NCBI GenBank assembly: GCA_963769725.1
Contig: CAVYMU010000012.1
Span: 203,993-267,992 of the forward strand
Source: an uncultured Acidimicrobiaceae bacterium
GTDB taxonomy: Bacteria > Actinomycetota > Acidimicrobiia > Acidimicrobiales > Palsa-688
Direction: 5' to 3'
DNA: 64,000 nt
In this document: positions 56,908 to 64,000 of the stretch, one piece after another
How positions within the stretch are numbered: the first letter of the stretch is position 1
Layout of the letters: every line of letters starts with the position of its first letter
Position numbers and translations under genes: made by a program
The notes under the pieces: model-generated
What the model was told of the DNA's origin: nothing
The model's database searches: none
Seen by the model: only the letters and a program-made list of their open reading frames with translations

Positions 56908-58608
56908 TCACTCCCGGCGGAACTGCGGGGCGCGATGGTCGAGGATCTTGGCCGCTCTGCTCCTGAGCTCGGTCTTCTGGATCTTCCCGGTCGCATTCAT
57001 TGGCAGCTCGTCGACCAGCTCCACATAGCGCGGCACCTTGTAATTGGCCATCTCCTGCCGGGCCCAGGCCAGGAGGGCGGCTGGATCCGTCCCGGCCGTG
57101 GCTGGGACCACGAAAGCCATCCCGACGTCGCCAAGTCGCTGGTCGGGCACACCGACGACCGCGACGCGGGCTACGGCCGGATGTCGCGCCAGCACGGCTT
57201 CGATCTCCGCCGGATAGGCGTTGAAGCCGCCAACCGTGAACATATCCTTGATCCGGTCAACGATGACCAGGTTGCCGTCGGACCGGAACAATCCTACGTC
57301 GCCGGTGTGCAACCAGCCATCGGCGTCGACCGCCCGGGCCGTGGCCTCGGGATCGTCGAGATACCCCCGCATGATCGTGTAGCCACGCACCAGCACCTCT
57401 CCCCTCTCGCCGACGGGCTGCTCCCCGCCGTCGTCGGCGATGATCTTCACCTCGATCCCCGGCAGAGGTCGGCCGACGGTGTTGGTGATGACCTCCGCGG
57501 ACTCGCCGGCGCGAACCAGACTGACGGTCCCGGACGACTCGGTGATCCCGAACCCGTTCCGCACCTCTGGGACGCCGAGGCGCTGCATGATGTCCCCTAC
57601 CAGGTGGGGCGGGAATCCTGCCGACCCGATAGTGACGCAGCGTAGGGATGTCAGATCGAAGTCGCCGCGACGCGGACTGTCGAGCATGGCCTGGAAGACA
57701 GTCGGGGGACCGGGGAAGAGCGTGACGCGGTCGTCCTGGATGCGTTGCATTACTGCTTCGGGGTCGAAGACAGATTGGGGCAGAATGGTGATACCACGCA
57801 TGAACGCGCACAGAATCCCGACGTGGAGGCCAAAGGAGTGGAAGAACGGGAGGACGACCAACTGCCGGTCGCCATAGCGCATGTCGAACACGTTGGCCAG
57901 GTTCAGATAGACGTCGCAGACCGCCTGGTGTTCGAGCATGACGCCCTTGGGTGCGCCCGTGGTGCCCGAGGTGAACAGGACGTGACAGAGATCGTTTCCC
58001 TTCACTGCGGTGGCCCGACGGGCCCGCTCGGCCTCGCCAATCTCGCTCGCCCGCTCGAGAAAGGCTGCGAATGGGACCGCGTCACCTGACGCCGGCCCTC
58101 GCAACACGATGATGCGTTCGAGACCTTCGAGGTCGTCGCGGCCCTGCAGGATGGCGGCGTAGTCGGCGCCGAGGAAGTCGGATACGGTGAATATGAAGCG
58201 AGCCTTCGACCGGTTGAGCAAGTAAGCAGCCTCGGAGCCCTTAAACCGGGTATTCACTGTGACCAGCACGCCTCCCGTGCAGTGCACGGCCAGCGCGACC
58301 TGGATCCACTCGAGGATATTGGGCGCCCACAGGGCCACCCGGTCCCCGGGCCGAACCCCCCACGCAATCAGGGCCCGGGCCGTATCATGAATGGTCTCGA
58401 CCAGCTCGGAAAAGCTCAGCGTCATCTCCCCGTCGCTGAACGCTTCGGTGTCGCTGAAGCGAGCGGCCGCGTCGTCCACGAGTTGCGGGATCGTTGCCCA
58501 CGGAGCGCGCTCCACCAGGCGAACCCTAGCCCACTGCGCACTCGGATCGGCTTCCGCCGTCGGACTGGAAGCCGGCTCCACCCGACCGTCCCGGCCACCC
58601 TGTGGCAT
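56908..58608 (-). CDS. AMP-dependent acyl-CoA synthetase
   Basis: FTSGTTGAPKGV, GYLDDPEAT, TGDVG..DGNLVIVDRIKDMF and GKIQKTELR motifs. The start is either 58608 or the GTG at 58515 (VERAPWATIPQL). Confidence 0.88.
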   Translation of the reverse strand: MPQGGRDGRVEPASSPTAEADPSAQWARVRLVERAPWATIPQLVDDAAARFSDTEAFSDGEMTLSFSELVETIHDTARALIAWGVRPGDRVALWAPNILEWIQVALAVHCTGGVLVTVNTRFKGSEAAYLLNRSKARFIFTVSDFLGADYAAILQGRDDLEGLERIIVLRGPASGDAVPFAAFLERASEIGEAERARRATAVKGNDLCHVLFTSGTTGAPKGVMLEHQAVCDVYLNLANVFDMRYGDRQLVVLPFFHSFGLHVGILCAFMRGITILPQSVFDPEAVMQRIQDDRVTLFPGPPTVFQAMLDSPRRGDFDLTSLRCVTIGSAGFPPHLVGDIMQRLGVPEVRNGFGITESSGTVSLVRAGESAEVITNTVGRPLPGIEVKIIADDGGEQPVGERGEVLVRGYTIMRGYLDDPEATARAVDADGWLHTGDVGLFRSDGNLVIVDRIKDMFTVGGFNAYPAEIEAVLARHPAVARVAVVGVPDQRLGDVGMAFVVPATAGTDPAALLAWARQEMANYKVPRYVELVDELPMNATGKIQKTELRSRAAKILDHRAPQFRRE

Positions 58609-60701
58609 CCGGCCCGCCAGGGCACGTATCCTGTTCGGGAGTGCCCCCCCCGAATGACGACAACGCCCTGCAGCGGGAAAACCAAGCGGTCCATCGCGAC
58701 GTGATCGCCCGGCGGGATGAGATCCTGGCCCGCCACCAGGCCCACGAAGCCATTACGCCGCCGAACCCCCTGGGTGACTTCACGAACAAGGTGCGGGCGG
58801 TCCTGCCCGGCGCCTCCGGCCTGCCGGTCGGCGAGCTGCTCGTCGACCTCGTGGAACGCGACCGGTTCGGGGCCGACTTGGCCTTGAAGTTCCCTGCCCT
58901 GCTCAAGAACGGCGGCCCGCGGAGATTCGCTGCGGAGTATGCGCCCGCGATCCATGCCGCCCTCGAGGGCCCGGAGTTCGCCGAGGAGATCGCCACGGTC
59001 GCGTCGGTCGGGATGTACATCAACGTGAAGTTGCGTGACGAATGGCTGCTGCAAGCCGCTCGGTCCGTTGCCACCGCGGGCCCGTCGTATGGCCGGTCGT
59101 ACCCCCTCGCGGCAGAACGATTCGTGGTCGACTACTCATCGCCCAATGTCTCTAAAAGCCTTCATGCCGGGCATATCCGTTCGACCATCATTGGCGCGGT
59201 GCTTTCTAACATCCTCGAGGAAGCCGGTGGCCTGGTATTCCGTATAAACCACATCAATGACTTCGGGGGATTCGGATTCCTGCTGGAGGGTCATCGGCGC
59301 TTCGATACGACTTTCCCATCCGGGTCAAACCTCAACGAGCGGTCCCTGGAGATCTACCGGTTACGGAGAATTCTGGAACGCGCCATCACGGATGGAGCTT
59401 CGATCGCCGACTTGGCTGATCCGGACGCGGAGCTGGTCCGCGAGATGTTCCCGGGGATCGAGAGCTGTCAGGACATCAGCGAGGCGATGCAAGAGTTCGC
59501 GGCCGCGGCCGATCTCCGCTTTACCGCCCTGGAGTCCGGCGACCCCGCAGAGGTCGACCTGTGGAAACGGATCGTGGCGGCCAGCCTCGAGGACTTCGCC
59601 TCGTTCTATCAGTCCCTGGACATCTCGTTCGATTTCGTTGTCGGTGAAAGCTTCTATGCCCAGGCCGGACTCCGCATGGTGGACAACTGGTTGGAGTCCG
59701 GAGCCGCCGTCAACTACGGGGACGCGGAGGCAGCCGCCGATCTGGAGCAGTTGCGGGTCTCGCTCGCCGCCGGCGCCATCTCGGAGAGCGAGTTCGATTC
59801 GCTCGAGAAAGCCATCCGCAAGGACGTCGGCGCGGCCGTCGTACGCCTGAGTGCCACCGAGCGCTACGTCGTCAGACGCGGAGACGGTCGGAGCATCTAC
59901 TCAACCCGGGACCTGGCAGCCGTGGCCCTGCGCCAGAAATTCTTTCACCCGACCTGCTTTATCTATGTCGTCGGCCAGGAGCAGAAGACCCACTTCGAGC
60001 GGCTCTTCGAGGCCAGCTATCAACTCGGGCTGGCCGACCCGGCCAAGACCTCCTTCGACCACATTTACTTCGGGTTCTACGTCGATGCCCACACGCACAA
60101 GAAGCTGTCGAGCCGCGAATCGGCGACAGGCGTGACCCATCTGTTCGAGGCCGCCCAGGCCTACTTCCGATCGCGGGTGAGCGACCGGCAGGTGGCGGGC
60201 AGCCAGGACCCGGACAGCGTCGCCCGCCAGCTCACCATCGCCTCCATCGTCTTCAACGACCTCAAACAAGACACTCGTTCGACCGTGGAGATGGACATCA
60301 AGAACCCAGCCGCCATGGTGGAGGTCTTCGAGAAGTCGGGCGGCGCCTACGTCATCTACACGGCCTGCCGGGCGGGGAGCATCGTTCGGAAGGCATCGCA
60401 ACTACCGGAGGCGACGGGTGCCTACCCCCCCAGAAGCCTCGAGCCGGCGGAGGTCGGCCTCTTGCTCCAGGTCTTGGACTTCCCCTCTGTCGTCCTATTC
60501 GCCGCCGAGCAGCGAAACCCCTCTGTGCTCGTCAGGCACATGTTCCAGATCAGCAATCTTTACAACTCGTACAACGCCAAAGCCCGCGTTATCACTGACG
60601 AGGGTGTGATCAGTTCACGACTTGTCACCACGGCGGCAGTCGAACAGACGTTGCGCAATGGTCTCACGCTCTGCAATGTGGACTGTCCGGACTACATATA
60701 A
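58602..60701 (+). CDS. argS: divergent arginyl-tRNA synthetase homologue (E. coli/eukaryote-type class I core, DALR-like C-terminus)
   Basis: YSSPNVSKSLHAGHIRSTIIGAVL (HIGH box = HAGH at 59164-59175), DGRSIYSTRDLAAV, KKLSSRES (MSTR-like) and GGAYVIYTACRAGSI. The start may be GTG 58701. Atypical codons are present. Confidence 0.75.
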   Translation: MASGPPGHVSCSGVPPPNDDNALQRENQAVHRDVIARRDEILARHQAHEAITPPNPLGDFTNKVRAVLPGASGLPVGELLVDLVERDRFGADLALKFPALLKNGGPRRFAAEYAPAIHAALEGPEFAEEIATVASVGMYINVKLRDEWLLQAARSVATAGPSYGRSYPLAAERFVVDYSSPNVSKSLHAGHIRSTIIGAVLSNILEEAGGLVFRINHINDFGGFGFLLEGHRRFDTTFPSGSNLNERSLEIYRLRRILERAITDGASIADLADPDAELVREMFPGIESCQDISEAMQEFAAAADLRFTALESGDPAEVDLWKRIVAASLEDFASFYQSLDISFDFVVGESFYAQAGLRMVDNWLESGAAVNYGDAEAAADLEQLRVSLAAGAISESEFDSLEKAIRKDVGAAVVRLSATERYVVRRGDGRSIYSTRDLAAVALRQKFFHPTCFIYVVGQEQKTHFERLFEASYQLGLADPAKTSFDHIYFGFYVDAHTHKKLSSRESATGVTHLFEAAQAYFRSRVSDRQVAGSQDPDSVARQLTIASIVFNDLKQDTRSTVEMDIKNPAAMVEVFEKSGGAYVIYTACRAGSIVRKASQLPEATGAYPPRSLEPAEVGLLLQVLDFPSVVLFAAEQRNPSVLVRHMFQISNLYNSYNAKARVITDEGVISSRLVTTAAVEQTLRNGLTLCNVDCPDYI

Positions 60702-60748
60702 GGGGCGGCACCTCACCGGCCTGGTCGACGGGAAGACGGCTGGCCTTC

Positions 60749-61537
60749 CTAATTGAGCCGGGCTCGCAGCGAAGCGGCCTCGTCCCGCAGCCGACTGGTG
60801 AGATCTGCCTCGGGTTGGATGTCAGCCAAATCGTCGAGCACAGCCGCGGCTTCGTCAAAGCGGCCGATGCTGGCGAGCCGGCCGGCCAGATGGGCCCGCT
60901 CCTCCAGGGGAAGACCCGGTATCCCGAGGCGCAGGCGAGAAACCCACAGCAGGGATCGGTGGTCGGCGCGCCGTTCGAAGCTCCGATCCAGATTGGCCAA
61001 CATACGAGCCAGGATGGCTCGGGGTCCGGTGGTCGCGAGCATCGCTGACGTCAGCTCGACGCGGGAACCGGTGATGGCGCGTAGGACACGCTCGCATCCG
61101 GCGTGGTCGAGCAGCTGGCCGCCACCGAAGGCGTCGATCAGCAGCTGCGGTGACGCCGGGTCACGAACCAGGAAGTGGCCCGGCATGCCCACTCCTTCCA
61201 GGGACAGGCCGCGACGACGTCCAACCTCGATCAGCAGTACCGACAGCGAAATCGGGATGCCCCGCCGTCGGTCCAGGACCCGGTCGAGGTAGGAGTTGAC
61301 CGGATCGTCGTAGCTGTCGCGGTCGCCGTCGAGGCCCAGCTGTTTGAACAAGACCCGGCAGAGCGCCGGCGTGTCCGCCGTGGCGACCAAGGCTGCGACG
61401 TCGTCCAGCCGCCGCAACTGGGCCGCCACATCCAGACCCGGATTGGCGTGAGCCGCGATCACGAGCGCGGCCTCGTCCAGCGGAAGGCACTCCTCCGGGC
61501 CCTCCATCAGCTCCTTCCAGCGCGCCGCCAGGTCCAC
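60749..61537 (-). CDS. transglutaminase-like/TPR protein (SirB1/UPF0162-like)
   Basis: DRRRGIPISLSVLLIEVGRRRGLSLEGVGMPGHFLV. The start is uncertain (GTG 61537 or ATG 61507). The upstream part of the track ORF is Arg-rich and unlikely to be coding. Confidence 0.6.
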   Translation of the reverse strand: MDLAARWKELMEGPEECLPLDEAALVIAAHANPGLDVAAQLRRLDDVAALVATADTPALCRVLFKQLGLDGDRDSYDDPVNSYLDRVLDRRRGIPISLSVLLIEVGRRRGLSLEGVGMPGHFLVRDPASPQLLIDAFGGGQLLDHAGCERVLRAITGSRVELTSAMLATTGPRAILARMLANLDRSFERRADHRSLLWVSRLRLGIPGLPLEERAHLAGRLASIGRFDEAAAVLDDLADIQPEADLTSRLRDEAASLRARLN

Positions 61538-61700
61538 AGCTGTGTCTACCCGTGTGCTTCCTGTCCGGCGCCGACCCGGCGCCACGGGTACACCTGGGCG
61601 CCGGCGCTGCGGCCTTCCGCCTCGCCACCGCGACTCCGCATAACATCCACGATAGCGCTCGAAATCTACTACTCGTCTCGCCCCCCTATCATGTGGCGCG

Positions 61701-62501
61701 GTGGGAACCTTCGAGCGCGCCACGTCGGTTGATCGGGTCGATGCCGGTCTGTGGAGGGCGTCGATCGATCCCACATGGACGATCGGTGATGCCGTGCATG
61801 GAGGCTGCGCCCAATGTGTGGTCGTACGGGCCGCGGTGGCAGAGAGCAGTCACCAACATCCGGTCGCCACCAGCGCCCATTTCCTTGCCCCTACGACGCC
61901 GGGCCCGGCCGAGGTGGCCGTGGAGCGGATACGGGAAGGCCGTACCGCGTCCACCCTACGGGCGGTTCTCCGCCAAGACGGAGTGGCAAAGATCGTGGCT
62001 CATGTCACGGTGGCCACCCTGGCGGACCAACTGCCGGATTACCAGGTGCCCCAACCCGTCGTGGTCCCCCCGGGCGACTGCATGCCTCGTCCCGCCCAAA
62101 TGCCTGACGGCAATACGGTGCGCTTCTTGGAGTCGATCGAGGTCCGCATCGACCCCCGCCATGTCGGCGGTCCTTATGAGAAGCGATCCGGCGTTCCAGA
62201 GGTGCGGGGATGGATCCGGTCCCGCGATGGCTCGCCCCCCGACGCCACCTTCCTCGTCTTCTGCGTTGACGCCCTTCCGCCGACGGTGCTCGAGATCGGC
62301 GGTCAGGGGTGGTCGCCAACCGTTCAGCTGTCGACCTACGTCCGAGCCTGGCCCGCCCCGGGGTGGCTCTGTGTCATCGCCCGGGCATCCGCAGTCGCCG
62401 ATGGCTGGTTCGACGAGGAGGCGGAAGTGTGGGATAGCACTGGTCGGCTGGTGGCCCAAGCCCGCCAGGTGGGACGCTACCGATTGACTCCTGGCGATTG
62501 A
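61701..62501 (+). CDS. thioesterase-like superfamily protein (TesB/4HBT_3-like)
   Basis: 266 aa. WTIGDAVHGGCAQCVVVRA. The last residues and the stop lie inside the 14-nt tandem array. Confidence 0.6.
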   Translation: MGTFERATSVDRVDAGLWRASIDPTWTIGDAVHGGCAQCVVVRAAVAESSHQHPVATSAHFLAPTTPGPAEVAVERIREGRTASTLRAVLRQDGVAKIVAHVTVATLADQLPDYQVPQPVVVPPGDCMPRPAQMPDGNTVRFLESIEVRIDPRHVGGPYEKRSGVPEVRGWIRSRDGSPPDATFLVFCVDALPPTVLEIGGQGWSPTVQLSTYVRAWPAPGWLCVIARASAVADGWFDEEAEVWDSTGRLVAQARQVGRYRLTPGD

Positions 62502-62551
62502 CTCCTGGCGATTGACTCCTGGCGATTGACTCCTGGCGATTGACTCCTGGC
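62482..62551. repeat. 14-nt perfect tandem repeat x5 (GATTGACTCCTGGC)
   Basis: Units at 62482, 62496, 62510, 62524 and 62538. The thioesterase stop TGA (62499-62501) lies in unit 2. Confidence 0.95.
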
Positions 62552-62747
62552 GCTGAATAGCTCCCGGTTGCCTCGACCGTTGACCCGTGCCTGTCAGCCT
62601 CGGCCCGAGGTAGCCGCCGTCTCGGCTGGTCGCTGATGGTGGGCCCCGAACGGGGAAGGCACCCGAGTGCTTGACCCCGTCGAGATAACCCGGGCCCAAC
62701 CCCTCGGTGACCAGGGACGTCGCCTGGCGGCGGCCGATCCGGGTCGC

Positions 62748-63914
62748 CTACCTGCTCGCACCGAGACGGAAATAGCTCATGGCGTTGTCGCAAATGATCT
62801 TGCGCCTCTCCCCCGCGGGAACGTCCTGGAACTCATCCTCGATGATCTGACGAGAATTGGGCCAGTCGCACTGCACGTGCGGAAAATCGGTTGACCACTG
62901 GATCCGGTCAACGCCGATGTCATGGCGAACCTTCACCCCGAAATGGTCAACCTGGAATCCCCAATGCGTGTTGTGATCGATGTACCAGCTGGGCTCGTGA
63001 GCCCACGTATCGGCGCCGCTCCAGAACCGGTGCCGCCGCCAGTTCTCATCGGCGTCCTCCTTGAACTCGGGAATCCATCCGATCTGAGTTTCCGCAAAGA
63101 ACAACTGCAAGTCGGGGAAACGGTCAAACGTGCCGTGCTGAATCAGCTGGATGACCTGGCCACCGTGGGTAACCGTCTTGCTCAACATCGTGGTCATCGG
63201 GGCAAAATTCATCAGCGACACGCCATCATCAGCGGCCTTCTGGATAGCCTCCTGCTCCGCCGCCGCGCCTCCCCCGAACCGGACGTGGGCAGTCAGGGGC
63301 ACGTCCAGCTCGAGGGCCCGCCCCCAGAACCGGTCATCCTCCTCGGGCACCGGCGCCGGAGACCCGTTGGGCCAGTGGTGCAACACCACACCCCTGATCC
63401 CTGGCAGGGCCGCCACTCGCTCGAGCTCGGCGACCGAATCACCGATGGTCGCCCCGGGAAGGATGGCGAGCCCCAACAGTCGGTCGGGGTCCTCAGCCGT
63501 GTACTCCTGTGAGAGCCAGTTGTTATACCCCTGGGCCAGGGCGACGTAGGCCTCCGGGGGTACGGCCGCCACGTCGAGCGTCCGCTGCCCGGACACGGCA
63601 GGAAAGAGAAGCTCAGCATCCACCCCGTCTTGGTCCATTTCGGTCAACCGTTGCTTGGCGTCCCCCGCACCCACCAGCCCGTCCGCGTAGGAGAGACCCG
63701 AGGTCTTGAGGTTCTCCCACCCTCGTCCGGCCGAGAAGTTCAGGCCGAGGGGGACGGGCTGAGCCCGGCCAGGCATCGCCCAGCCGTCACCACCGCCGGG
63801 CAACTGCACAACCTTCGGCACGAACTCCCGGAACTCAGCGTCGACATAGGGTTCCCATACATACGGTGGGACCTCGAGGTGAGAGTCGGTGGAGATGATT
63901 TCGTATTGACGCAT
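62748..63914 (-). CDS. amidohydrolase_2 family protein
   Basis: Start at MRQYEIISTDSHLEVPP (ATG 63914). C-terminal WSTDFPHVQCDWP. Confidence 0.8.
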   Translation of the reverse strand: MRQYEIISTDSHLEVPPYVWEPYVDAEFREFVPKVVQLPGGGDGWAMPGRAQPVPLGLNFSAGRGWENLKTSGLSYADGLVGAGDAKQRLTEMDQDGVDAELLFPAVSGQRTLDVAAVPPEAYVALAQGYNNWLSQEYTAEDPDRLLGLAILPGATIGDSVAELERVAALPGIRGVVLHHWPNGSPAPVPEEDDRFWGRALELDVPLTAHVRFGGGAAAEQEAIQKAADDGVSLMNFAPMTTMLSKTVTHGGQVIQLIQHGTFDRFPDLQLFFAETQIGWIPEFKEDADENWRRHRFWSGADTWAHEPSWYIDHNTHWGFQVDHFGVKVRHDIGVDRIQWSTDFPHVQCDWPNSRQIIEDEFQDVPAGERRKIICDNAMSYFRLGASR

Positions 63915-64000
63915 TGGAGCTTCTCCCTCCTGCGACCAGCGGAACATTTTGTCTGGGTCCCGGCATCACCTCGTCGTGAGTCCGCGCCCTCTCCGTGCAA

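Noticed and set aside
49917-60701. Genomic island or mobile element call for the lower-GC segments
   Set aside because: There is no integrase, transposase, tRNA attachment site or flanking direct repeats, and high-GC genes lie between the two low-GC islets. Only compositional anomaly is claimed.

Overview
High-GC, actinobacterial-type chromosomal segment. The lineage call rests on five F420-type LLM oxidoreductases, mycobacteria-like lipid/CoA catabolic genes, and frequent GTG/TTG starts with 4-nt stop/start overlaps. I support about 59 protein genes, packed tightly on both strands. Most belong to acyl-CoA metabolism: 4 acyl-CoA dehydrogenases, 4 crotonases plus a MaoC-N protein, 2 acyl-CoA synthetases, class I and class III CoA-transferases, 3 hotdog thioesterases, a thiolase/DUF35 pair, 4 SDRs, 3 amidohydrolase_2 proteins, 2 nitroreductases, an EtfBA/ETF-QO operon and a CoxMSL-type molybdenum hydroxylase. 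I found no rRNA, tRNA, CRISPR array, transposase or integrase. Five things deserve a second look. (1) There are 14 reading-frame breaks. All 14 go in the same direction (one extra nucleotide), and 13 of them sit in two short blocks: CoxL, and a run of ACAD, a small hypothetical, ETF-QO, EtfA and EtfB. About 50 other genes are intact. (2) A 31-nt intergenic motif, each copy followed by a hairpin with compensatory stem changes, occurs at 15.7 kb and 20.1 kb, with a degenerate inverted third copy beside a 22-bp perfect-stem hairpin. (3) A divergent ArgRS homologue with altered signature residues has atypical low-GC codon usage. A second lower-GC islet carries an orphan enterobacterial-type ornithine carbamoyltransferase. 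(4) At least seven unrelated short-period tandem arrays (7, 9, 14, 15, 16, 24 nt and a 101-nt duplication) are present, two of them canonical G-quadruplex motifs. (5) A TetR/SDR <> ACAD-kinase module resembles the 4-hydroxyacyl-CoA (Lva / ACAD10-11) route. All functions are inferred by eye from motifs in the supplied translations; no searches were run.
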